A stretch of 29,279 nt of DNA from Chthonomonadales bacterium (GTDB lineage Bacteria; Armatimonadota; Chthonomonadetes; Chthonomonadales; CAJBBX01). A program made the position numbers and the translations under genes. The DNA lies in contig JBBIPC010000016.1 in the NCBI GenBank assembly GCA_037443035.1, forward strand, positions 61,832 through 91,110. The letters are read 5' to 3'. The notes under the pieces were generated by a model, which did not search any database, was not told the origin of the DNA, and saw only the letters and a list, made by a program, of their open reading frames with translations. This document shows, piece after piece, positions 18,790 through 27,321 of this stretch (position 1 is the first letter of the stretch; every line of letters begins with the position of its first letter).

Positions 18790-21526
18790 GGAACTTCGCT
18801 GAGAAGATCTCCCTCGACCGAACCTGCATACCGCCCTCGCACGGTTCCTCGTCCAGACGCACGCGGACGGGTGCACCCAGCTCCCCCGCGCATACGCTCA
18901 ACCGCGCCTCGACGGCCTCGTGACCAAGGTTCACCGCGCGGACCACCACACCGGACTCGTCCTCGGCCACCTTCAAGGCCGTCAGAACTAGGTCGTCCGG
19001 TGCGACGTCCACGAACGAACCTGCGGGTTCCAGAGGGCCACCATGCAGCCCTGTCTGAGCTGCTCGCATGGGGACGTTGAACGCATGCGCTTCCTTCCAA
19101 ACGCGCGCCTCGTACCACGAACCTTTGTGTGGCAACACCGCTAGGCGAAAGGTGTATACACCCAGCATCTGACCGTCCACCTGCTCCTCCGGCAACCCCA
19201 CGCCACCTCCAGTACAGCGAAGGAGAGTCACTGCTACCGTGCGCTGCTCGTCGTCCAGCACCTCGCACTCGGGCAGACCCATGTTCATGACGCAGAGGCC
19301 CTTTGCACCATCCGACACGTCGCACCAGGTCTTCTGGGGACCAGTACGCGGCTGCGGCTCTTTCCAGCCAGTGCAATCGGGCAAAGCGATCGGCCGACTC
19401 ACGACGTCGTAGGCTTGTTCCACAGCGTAGTGGGAGGCACCAGTGGCACCCGATGGGAAGAGGATGCGTAGCCGGTGGTCGCGTGCCTGGTTGTCCACCC
19501 GGATATCGAAGTCCAGACGCGCGGATTCAGCACGCACGATCGCCCTGATCGTGATGTCCAGAGGCGTCTGCGTCGTGGCATCTCGCGTCTCACTATCTCG
19601 GCCGGCCGGAATGAACCACCGATGATGCACGGTGATGCAGCCCTCCATGGGCGTAGCTGTGGCTTCCGCCGTCCAGTCCGACCCCCTAGGGGGTGGCTCC
19701 GATGAGCAGAGCACCATATCATGGCGAGGTGGAATGTAGTTGTAACCGTCGCCAAAGTCCCCGCCATCCTCCAGTGCGGCCAGTCCCTCATAACTCAGGC
19801 CGGTCCGAAGGTCCCGCATGGTCAACGTACCGTCGTCAGCCAGGTCTACCCGAATAACGCCGTTACTCACGTACTTGGAGCCCGCCTTGATGGCACCGCG
19901 CCCGGGTACTGGCAGGGCGATAGCCCGCCGCGCCACATGGTAGACCTTGTACCCGAAGGCTGGAGCATCGGCCACAAACCGAAGCCGGAACCGTTTCCAC
20001 GCCGTGCCCACAGGTATGTCATGTGGCGCCTGCGTAAGTGTGTGGCAGTCAGGCATATCCTCCACGAGACAGGGCACCGACCTATCGCCATCCCACACAC
20101 CCACGCTTGCGGGTGCACTGTCCCGGGGGACGTGCAGCACTGCGTCTACCAGCTCACCGGAGCGGTGCCACGACAGAGGATTGAAGACCACCAGGGCCGC
20201 TATGGCACCAGGGCGGTCGTGATGCTCGTGATCCTCTGCCGCCGTCGGCGCTTCCTGCTCTGTGCGGATCCATCCCGCTAGCGACGAGAGTGATCGCGCC
20301 GTGATAGCTTCGCCCACCTGGTCCACGGCGTCGAAACGGGGCAACATGTCACGGTGGACCTGGTCGATCGAGCAGCCGCAGATGGAGTCATGGGGCTGGT
20401 TGAGAAGGAGCGTTTTCCAGGCATAACGCAGCATGGCCGCAGGTGAGGACGCCGTATGTTCGGGGAGACGATCGGGCTGGCCAGGAGAACCGAACCGCTT
20501 TGCCAGCATCCAGACGAGAGCGCTGAAGGGCTCGGCCCACCGCTCCAGCAGTATCTCGCACGCATGGTTCCGCTGCTTCAGGTGCATCCGAGAAGAGGCC
20601 ACATGGGCTAGGAGCGCTTGCAGCTTCCACTTTCTGTTGGCCACGCGCAGTTCGCCGGTGACCACAGGCAGATCACGGGCCTCGGCAAGGACTGCGTCCA
20701 CATGCTCGCGCAGGGAAGCTGCCCGGACGCGTACTCGGTCCCCCATCCGCTCGTTGAGAATCCGGATAATCTCAGGAGTCCTGGGCTGCGGAAAGATATG
20801 GTCTACGCCATCCATCCACAGGATGTACCTGGTCATGGGCCGTTCGGCGAGAGAATCCTCCAGCAGAGCGCTACCCTCCTGGATGACCCGTTCCACATCC
20901 AGGGGTACGCCTCGATCCGTGTCGGCCAGCGTCCGGCGGAAGCGGTAGAACCAGTTGCTGTAGGCGTTGTCGTCTGGCATCTTGATGCACAGGACCGAGG
21001 ATCCGTCGGGGCTCCGCCATTCGAAGTTGGCCGGTACCTGGTCGGCCGTGACGCCGCGGAACAGAACGGCGTTGTCAATCCCGAATCCTCGAAGGATCTG
21101 CGGCATCTGACTGATATGGCCAAAGGTGTCGGGGGCATATCCGATGGCAGCACCGGTTGCCCATGCCGCCGCCGTGCGTCTGCCGAGCAGCAGGTTTCGA
21201 ATGATCGCTTCGCCGCTGACCTGAAACTCATCGGGCTGGACGTACCAAGGGCCTGCATAGAGACGCCCTGCGGCGAAAGCACGGCGCAGCCGTTCGGCAT
21301 TCTCGGGACGGACCTCCACATAGTCCTCCACAGGACGCATCTGTCCGTCCAAGTAGAAAGGCCCGTAGGTCGGGTCCTGGTCGAGCAGATCCAGTAATGC
21401 GTCCAGAACGTCTACGAGCCTCATGCGAAAGACTTCGAACGGGCGGTACCACTCGCGGTCCCAATGGGTATGAGAGATGACGTGGGCAGTGTATGGTGCT
21501 TCGGGCAATGCTAGCTCCTTGGACAA
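18773..21526 (-). CDS. Glycoside hydrolase family 38 alpha-mannosidase (MngB-like, no signal peptide)
   Basis: Motifs SHTHWDREWY, LDGQ, GPWYVQPD, PDTFGH and QPHDSICGCSID. The TTG start is uncertain. Confidence 0.92.
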   Translation of the reverse strand: MSKELALPEAPYTAHVISHTHWDREWYRPFEVFRMRLVDVLDALLDLLDQDPTYGPFYLDGQMRPVEDYVEVRPENAERLRRAFAAGRLYAGPWYVQPDEFQVSGEAIIRNLLLGRRTAAAWATGAAIGYAPDTFGHISQMPQILRGFGIDNAVLFRGVTADQVPANFEWRSPDGSSVLCIKMPDDNAYSNWFYRFRRTLADTDRGVPLDVERVIQEGSALLEDSLAERPMTRYILWMDGVDHIFPQPRTPEIIRILNERMGDRVRVRAASLREHVDAVLAEARDLPVVTGELRVANRKWKLQALLAHVASSRMHLKQRNHACEILLERWAEPFSALVWMLAKRFGSPGQPDRLPEHTASSPAAMLRYAWKTLLLNQPHDSICGCSIDQVHRDMLPRFDAVDQVGEAITARSLSSLAGWIRTEQEAPTAAEDHEHHDRPGAIAALVVFNPLSWHRSGELVDAVLHVPRDSAPASVGVWDGDRSVPCLVEDMPDCHTLTQAPHDIPVGTAWKRFRLRFVADAPAFGYKVYHVARRAIALPVPGRGAIKAGSKYVSNGVIRVDLADDGTLTMRDLRTGLSYEGLAALEDGGDFGDGYNYIPPRHDMVLCSSEPPPRGSDWTAEATATPMEGCITVHHRWFIPAGRDSETRDATTQTPLDITIRAIVRAESARLDFDIRVDNQARDHRLRILFPSGATGASHYAVEQAYDVVSRPIALPDCTGWKEPQPRTGPQKTWCDVSDGAKGLCVMNMGLPECEVLDDEQRTVAVTLLRCTGGGVGLPEEQVDGQMLGVYTFRLAVLPHKGSWYEARVWKEAHAFNVPMRAAQTGLHGGPLEPAGSFVDVAPDDLVLTALKVAEDESGVVVRAVNLGHEAVEARLSVCAGELGAPVRVRLDEEPCEGGMQVRSREIFSAKFHATQE

Positions 21527-21578
21527 CGGAGGCTGCGCTGGGCAGGAGCCCTAGGCAGCATGCGGCGGTTGTTGCAGG

Positions 21579-21587
21579 AGTATAACA
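21579..21587 (-). promoter_or_regulatory. Extended -10 promoter element for the minus-strand GH38 operon
   Basis: The minus strand reads TGtTATACT about 50 nt upstream of the GH38 start, within the divergent intergenic region. Confidence 0.5.
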
Positions 21588-21717
21588 CCTTACTGCACGG
21601 CGGAAAAACCGCGACGAAGAGAAACGCCGCAGCTGTTGCACGACGGTGCCAGAAGGCTGCGCTATGATGCATACTCCGTATCGTGTGCATTCCACTAACC
21701 AAGTCAGAGGTAAAGCC

Positions 21718-22593
21718 ATGCCAGTCAATCGTCGTGAGCTTCTTGCGAGTACGGCCGCGGTGAGCCTCGCCGCTGCCATGCCGTCGGCATCAGGCCAAGC
21801 GAAGACCAAGGGCGTGCTCCGCCTATCCAGCCAAGAGGGCATCATTCCCGGCCGCGATCTTGCCGAGAAGCTGGCCAAGATGGAGAAATGGGGCTTCGAC
21901 GGCATCGAGGTCGGCGGCGGCGGTTTCCCAGGTCGGGTGGAGGAGCTGCAGAAGGCCCTCGCCAATACGAAGATCAAGATCAGCGCCATCTGCGCCGGCA
22001 CACCGGGCGGACCGCTCGTCAACGAGGATCCCGAGGTCCGCAAGCGGGCCGTCGAAGCCATCAAGGAACTCCTGACCTGCGCCGGACAACTGGGCTCCAC
22101 CGGCGTCATCATCGTCCCGGCCTTCAACGGGCAGACCAAGCTGGGGCATGTCGAGGCGCGGAAGGTCCTCATGGACCTGCTGCCGGAGATCGGCGAGCAC
22201 GGCGCCAAGGTGGGGGGACGCATTCTGCTGGAGCCGCTGAACCGCGGCGAGGCCTGGTTCCTGCGCCTGCTGGCCGATGCTGCCGCCATGTGCCGCGAGG
22301 TCAACAGCCCCGGCGTGGCCATGATGGGCGACTTCTACCATATGAACATCGAGGAGCCCAGCGACATGGGCGCCTTCATCTCGGCGGGCAAGTGGCTCCA
22401 CCACGTGCACCTGGCCTCGCGGCGGCGGGTGCTCCCCGGCCAGGACGAGCGCGACTTCACCGACGGCTTCCGCGGCTTGAAGATGATCGGATACCAGGAC
22501 TTCTGCAGCTTCGAGTGCGGCGTGGACGGCGACCGGGAGGTGGAGATCCCCAAGAGCGTCAAGTTCCTGCGCGAGCAGTGGGCTAAGGCCTGA
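21718..22593 (+). CDS. Sugar phosphate isomerase/epimerase (xylose-isomerase-like TIM barrel, AP_endonuc_2) with Tat signal
   Basis: Tat-like MPVNRRELLASTAAVSLAAA. Metal-binding motifs LEPLNRGE, DFYHMNIEE, HVHLA and SFEC. GAGGT RBS before ATG 21718. Confidence 0.88.
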   Translation: MPVNRRELLASTAAVSLAAAMPSASGQAKTKGVLRLSSQEGIIPGRDLAEKLAKMEKWGFDGIEVGGGGFPGRVEELQKALANTKIKISAICAGTPGGPLVNEDPEVRKRAVEAIKELLTCAGQLGSTGVIIVPAFNGQTKLGHVEARKVLMDLLPEIGEHGAKVGGRILLEPLNRGEAWFLRLLADAAAMCREVNSPGVAMMGDFYHMNIEEPSDMGAFISAGKWLHHVHLASRRRVLPGQDERDFTDGFRGLKMIGYQDFCSFECGVDGDREVEIPKSVKFLREQWAKA

Positions 22594-22623
22594 CGTTTCC
22601 CCCGAAAGGAGCCCGACATCACC

Positions 22624-23583
22624 ATGACCCCGCGGGAGCGCTTCATCGCGGCGCTGGAGCGGCGGCCGCTTACGGGCCGCGTGCCGCATTTCGAACTCGT
22701 CTTCTTCCTGACCATGGAGGCGTTCGGCAAGATCCACTTTTCCCAGCGCCACTACGCGCAGTGGGATCAGATGGAGGAGAAAGAGCGGCAGCTGCACCGC
22801 GACGAGATGGCCGACCTCTACATCGCCACGGCCGAGCGGTACGAGCATAGCGCCATCTTCCTGCATCCTAACCCGGGCACCTTCGAGGAGACCGTGCGCC
22901 TTATTGACCTCATCCGAGAGAAGTCCGGTGACCGCTACTTCCTCATGCTCCACGGCGACGCCACCTTCGGAGTGCCATCCGGCAGCCAGATGGAAGCCTT
23001 CGCAGCGCGCATCGCCGACGAGCCCGAGAAGCTTCACGCCGAGGCCACGGCCATGGTAGACAACATGCTCCGCTACGCCGAACGGCTGCAGAAGCACGGC
23101 GGGCTGGACGGCTTCGCACTCTGCTCCGACTACTGCCTCAACACCGGCCCGTTCCTCAGCCCCCGCCTGTTCTCCTACTTCGTGACGCCCTATCTGGCGC
23201 GGCTCATCCAAGGCGAGCGGGACATGGGCTTCTACGTCATCAAGCACACCGACGGCAACATCATGCCCATCCTGGATCAGTTGGTCCAGGCCAATCCCCA
23301 CGCCCTCCATTCGCTGGACCCGCAAGCCGGGGTGGACATCGCCGAAGTCAAGCGGCTCGTGGGCGACCGGGTGTGCCTGATTGGCAACGTCAACTGTGGC
23401 CTCCTGGACTCCGGCACCGACGAGGAAGTCGTCGAGAACGCCCGCTACGCCCTGGAGCACGGCATGCCCGGCGGCGGCTACATCTTCTCCACCAGCAACT
23501 GCATCTACACCGGCATGCGCCTGAGCCGCTACGAGCTCATGCTGGACGTATGGCGGCAAGACGGAAACTACCCGGAGGCTTGA
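22624..23583 (+). CDS. Uroporphyrinogen-decarboxylase-family (URO-D / cobalamin-dependent methyltransferase-like) protein
   Basis: MTPRERF N-terminus, SDY, HTDGNIMPILD, LIGNVN and GGGYIFSTSNCI. AAGGAG RBS. It lacks the HemE MRQAGR motif, so it is not true hemE. Confidence 0.85.
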   Translation: MTPRERFIAALERRPLTGRVPHFELVFFLTMEAFGKIHFSQRHYAQWDQMEEKERQLHRDEMADLYIATAERYEHSAIFLHPNPGTFEETVRLIDLIREKSGDRYFLMLHGDATFGVPSGSQMEAFAARIADEPEKLHAEATAMVDNMLRYAERLQKHGGLDGFALCSDYCLNTGPFLSPRLFSYFVTPYLARLIQGERDMGFYVIKHTDGNIMPILDQLVQANPHALHSLDPQAGVDIAEVKRLVGDRVCLIGNVNCGLLDSGTDEEVVENARYALEHGMPGGGYIFSTSNCIYTGMRLSRYELMLDVWRQDGNYPEA

Positions 23584-23590
23584 GGTTCCC

Positions 23591-25858
23591 ATGATCCTCG
23601 CACCGCTTACCGTGGCCCTCGTCGTGGGCTTCGGGAACATCGCGCCATCCCAGGCGAACCCCCGCGCCTCGGACCTGGACGTCCTCTTGAACGGCGTCTC
23701 GGAGGTGGCCACGCCCGGGTGCGTCGTGGGCCCCGTGGCGGTCTATAGCGAGAAGGCCTTCGTGATCATGACCGGCAAGTCCGGCGCCAATCGGCTGCCC
23801 ATCCTCGCGGCGGCCCGCTACGGCAAAGGCCGAGTGGTGCTGGCCGGGCATGGCGGTGTCTACGTGGGCGGCACTTCCGCCGACAAGGCCCGCCTCGTGG
23901 TCAATATCGCCACATGGCTCTGCGGGGAACGTAAGACGCGCCGCCTTCTGCTCGTGGATTTCAAGGAGCTAACGCCTGTGCTCCGGGGCGCGGGCTTTCG
24001 GGTGCAGACGGCCTCGCTATCGGAACTTCCCGCGGCGTTGGCGAATACCGACGTGCTCGGCTTCTCGGGTGGCCACCTTACGCCGCCCGAACGCAAGCCG
24101 CTCCTGGACGCCATCGCCCGCTTCGTCGAAGCCGGAGGAGGGCTCTTCGACGGCGTGCCGGGGTGGGGCTGGCAGCAGCTCAACCCGAACTTGTCTCTGC
24201 CCGTGGACTACGGCGGCAACAAGCTAACGGCACGCATGGGGCTCGTTATCGCGGACGGAATGGTGGCGCCGACGGGCAAAGAGGGTTTCCTGGCCGATCG
24301 CAGCGACCTGGAAATGACCCACGCAGGGGCCGCGCTCCAAGCGCTGACGGATCATGCGACAGGCACCCGCCAACTCGACCGCAAGACGATCTCCCAAGTG
24401 GGCGTCACTTTGAGCAATGCCGCCGGGGCGGTGCCGCCGGACGACGCGTTCCTCCTTCCCAAGCTCCGACGGCTGACGGAGCGCGCTGGAGCGAGTGCCA
24501 TACCCACCGAGAAACAGCCTCTCGGTCCCGAGAACGCCGTGGGACGCATTGCGTGCGTGCTGCAGAACATCGAGATGCGCCGAGCGCCGTTGGAAGCCCT
24601 ACGCGCCCACCCTGCCGCCGCCGACTTCCCCGGGTCGGTGCCCGCGGATGCGCCCCGCGCGGATACCCGCATTACCGTGAACACCGCCGTGCCCGACTGG
24701 GCGAGCACCGGTCTCTACGCCGCGCCCGGTGAGCCCATCGAAGTGACCCTCCCCGAGGGCGCCGAGAAGGCGGGCCTGTGGCTGCGCATCGGACCCCACA
24801 CGGACACGAACTGGCACCATGAGCGCTGGACCCGCTTCCCCGAGATCAGCTATGCCACACCGCTCACCCAGCGGACGACTCGGTACGGGAGCCCGTTCGG
24901 CGGGTTGATCTACATCGTCGTGCCGCATGGCTGCACCCTCGGGACGGTGGAGATCGGCGTCAGAGGTGCGGTCGAAGCGCCGCTTTTCGTGCAGGGCAAG
25001 ACACCGCTGCACATCTGGCGCTCCTCGATTCGTCACCGTCCCGCGCCGTGGGCCGAACTGGCCACGAGCAAGATCATCCTCACCATCCCCTCGTCGGTGG
25101 TTCGTAATCTCGACGACCCGGAATCCCTCATGGCGGTTTGGGACCACGCCTTGGACTGCATCGCCGACCTGGCCGCCATCCCCCGCGAACGCACGCACCC
25201 CGAGCGAATCTGCAGCGACCGGCAAATCAGCGCTGGCTACATGCATTCGGGCTACCCGATCATGACGTTCCTCGACGTGCCGCCGGTCATGGTGGATCGC
25301 GACAAGCTCATCAGTGGCGGCTCGAAGGTCTGCTGGGGGTTCTGGCACGAGCTAGGCCACAATCACCAGCGCCCTGAGTGGACGTTCGAAGGTACGGGCG
25401 AGACGACGAACAACCTCTTCAGCCTGTTCTGCTGCGAGCGGGTCAGCAACGAGACCGTGCCTCGCAGCGCCTGGCTCGATGTGGCGAAGCGCAACGAGCG
25501 GGTGCGCAAGTATCTCGCCGACGGCTCGAAGTTCGAGGAATGGAAGGCCGACCCTGGCCTGTCCCTCATGTTCTATGCGCAGCTCCAGCAGGCCTTCGGC
25601 TGGGGCGCGTTCCAGCGTCTGTTCGCGGAATACGGTGCTCTGCCGCCTGCCGAGCGCCCTCGGACAGATGACGAGAAGCGCGACCAGTTCCTCGTACGCC
25701 TATCCCGTCAGGTGGGGCTGAACCTGGGACCGTTCTTCACCGCGTGGGGTATACCTACCTCTGAAGCTGCTCGCCAGTCCATCGCCCACCTGCCCGAATG
25801 GACGCCCCCGAACTTCCGGGACGGTATCCTCGCTCCTTCGGCGGATGCCAAGCCGTGA
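23591..25858 (+). CDS. Secreted M60-family (enhancin/TCAF-like) zinc metallopeptidase
   Basis: Hydrophobic N-terminus, STGLYAAPGE, SPFGGLIY, APWAEL, GYMHSGYP, and the gluzincin WGFWHELGHNHQ...GETTNN. Confidence 0.9.
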   Translation: MILAPLTVALVVGFGNIAPSQANPRASDLDVLLNGVSEVATPGCVVGPVAVYSEKAFVIMTGKSGANRLPILAAARYGKGRVVLAGHGGVYVGGTSADKARLVVNIATWLCGERKTRRLLLVDFKELTPVLRGAGFRVQTASLSELPAALANTDVLGFSGGHLTPPERKPLLDAIARFVEAGGGLFDGVPGWGWQQLNPNLSLPVDYGGNKLTARMGLVIADGMVAPTGKEGFLADRSDLEMTHAGAALQALTDHATGTRQLDRKTISQVGVTLSNAAGAVPPDDAFLLPKLRRLTERAGASAIPTEKQPLGPENAVGRIACVLQNIEMRRAPLEALRAHPAAADFPGSVPADAPRADTRITVNTAVPDWASTGLYAAPGEPIEVTLPEGAEKAGLWLRIGPHTDTNWHHERWTRFPEISYATPLTQRTTRYGSPFGGLIYIVVPHGCTLGTVEIGVRGAVEAPLFVQGKTPLHIWRSSIRHRPAPWAELATSKIILTIPSSVVRNLDDPESLMAVWDHALDCIADLAAIPRERTHPERICSDRQISAGYMHSGYPIMTFLDVPPVMVDRDKLISGGSKVCWGFWHELGHNHQRPEWTFEGTGETTNNLFSLFCCERVSNETVPRSAWLDVAKRNERVRKYLADGSKFEEWKADPGLSLMFYAQLQQAFGWGAFQRLFAEYGALPPAERPRTDDEKRDQFLVRLSRQVGLNLGPFFTAWGIPTSEAARQSIAHLPEWTPPNFRDGILAPSADAKP

Positions 25859-26283
25859 GGCTTCTCGAGGAGGCCATTGTCGTGGCGACGCGTGCGCATG
25901 CTGGGCAGAAGGATAGGTCCGGCGCACCCTACATTCTTCATCCCCTGCGCGTCATGCTCCGGCTGAACGATCCCGTGGCCATGGTGGTGGCCGTGCTACA
26001 TGATGTCGTGGAGGATTCCGCTGTTACGCTCGAGGACTTGCGCGATTCTGGTTTCCCCGACGACGTTCGAGATGCTGTGGACGCCATGACGCGAAGGACC
26101 GGGGAGGACTACTGGACATACATACGCCGAGCTGGAGCCCATCCAGTGGCGCGCTCGGTCAAGATCGCCGACCTGCAGGACAATCTGGAGCGCACCGAGT
26201 CGCTGCCACCGACGACCGAAAACGCGGCCCGCGCCGAACGGTACCGCAAGGCGCTGAGCCTACTGACTACAGAGGAGGGCTGA
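25855..26283 (+). CDS. Small HD-domain hydrolase (SpoT-HD/Mesh1-like)
   Basis: Motifs AHAGQKDRSGAPYILHP, AVLHDVVED and VKIADLQDN. GTG at 25855 overlaps the M60 TGA (GTGA). Confidence 0.85.
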   Translation: MRLLEEAIVVATRAHAGQKDRSGAPYILHPLRVMLRLNDPVAMVVAVLHDVVEDSAVTLEDLRDSGFPDDVRDAVDAMTRRTGEDYWTYIRRAGAHPVARSVKIADLQDNLERTESLPPTTENAARAERYRKALSLLTTEEG

Positions 26284-27188
26284 GCGCAGTCCTTCGCTCC
26301 AGCGAGTCCACGTGGCTTCTCGAGGCCAAGTCCTGGACCGTAGAGCTTACGGATCAGCACGCAACGCAGGCCACCACTTACGCCTACTAGAACCAACTGC
26401 GCTGAGTGGTATTGACGAATGGCCGCGAGTGGCACCTCTACGATAGTCAGAGGTCGACGTTCGACGACCGTCTTGTCCTGCGCGCCACCAAAGATGAGCC
26501 AGAAGCCATGGAGGCACTGCTCTCCGCCTTGAGCAAAGCACAGGTTCTCGGTGAGGGCATCGAGACGGCTGTCCGAGTGCACCGTCTACGTGGCCACTTG
26601 CACTGCGCCCTACAAGAGGACGGCGCCGTGACGAAGGCCATCCGAAATGCCGTTCAGAAGGTCTCCAGTCTGGAAGGTGTCACCATCCCAGAAGTCATCT
26701 CTGTGTTGAAGGCGATAATGCGACCTCTGGAGTATCCGGCGGTGCCGACCGCTGCCGAAACCACGGTTGCAGAGCCTCCAGCCGCGTCGGCACCTCGGAC
26801 CGAGGAAGGGTGGTACGCCATCAACGATCCCGCGCTGGAGCCCAAGGGTCGCAGACCCAGGGCCGCCCGATTTCGCAATGACACGTTGAGTATCAACTCC
26901 TGGGCCGAGCTCTGGCGCGAGGGCGTCAAGTGGCTTGACAAGCATGCCCCCAAGCCTCTGCCAATCCCGTGGCGAGCTGTCCCGAGATCGAAAAGACGAA
27001 TATGGATCAACAGAGAGCCACAGATGGCGGACGGCGCCAGTATGCGCGCGCCCTGGCAAGTGGAAGTCTCATCGGGTGCTGTCTACCTGGAGACCCGCGG
27101 ACCTGCCTCCGATCTCGTCTCCTTGCTCACACGCCTCTGCCATGAGCTCGGCGTCGACCCAGGAGAGATCCGAGTGAAGATAAGGTGA
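26283..27188 (+). pseudogene. Disrupted HsdR_N-type PD-(D/E)xK restriction endonuclease; C-terminal 260 codons still open (26406-27188)
   Basis: In-frame translation upstream of the ORF reads SAVLRSSESTWLLEAKSWTVELTDQHATQATTYAY*NQLR*VVLTNGREWHLYD. The EAK, QxxxY and LTNGxxW motifs are interrupted by TAG (26388-26390) and TGA (26403-26405). No N-terminus or start codon is evident. Confidence 0.75.
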
Positions 27189-27321
27189 CGCGCCTGGCGT
27201 CGCTACGGAAACTAGAAGCACCGAGACCCAGCCCATGCCCTTGCCTGGTGGGTCTGGACGAGTAGGTATAGGAATAATCTCTGCGAAGTTCGGTCTGAAC
27301 GGTGGGGGAGGGCCCGGCGCA

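Noticed and set aside
21636..21668. TTGCAC...TATGAT promoter for the isomerase operon
   Set aside because: The 21-nt spacing is too long for a sigma70 promoter; the -10 alone is insufficient support.
22591..22626. Possible read-through fusion of the isomerase and URO-D genes (same frame, single TGA)
   Set aside because: The spacer is only 10 codons and URO-D has its own AAGGAG RBS; an exported and a cytoplasmic-type protein are unlikely to be fused.
21823..23712. 629-aa minus-strand ORF across the isomerase and URO-D genes
   Set aside because: Shadow frame: both sense genes share a frame and avoid TTA/CTA/TCA codons. The product has no family features.
26388..26405. Stop-codon reassignment (alternative genetic code) as an explanation for the in-frame TAG/TGA
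   Set aside because: TAG and TGA end many intact genes in this window at the expected C-termini, and no other gene has internal stops.
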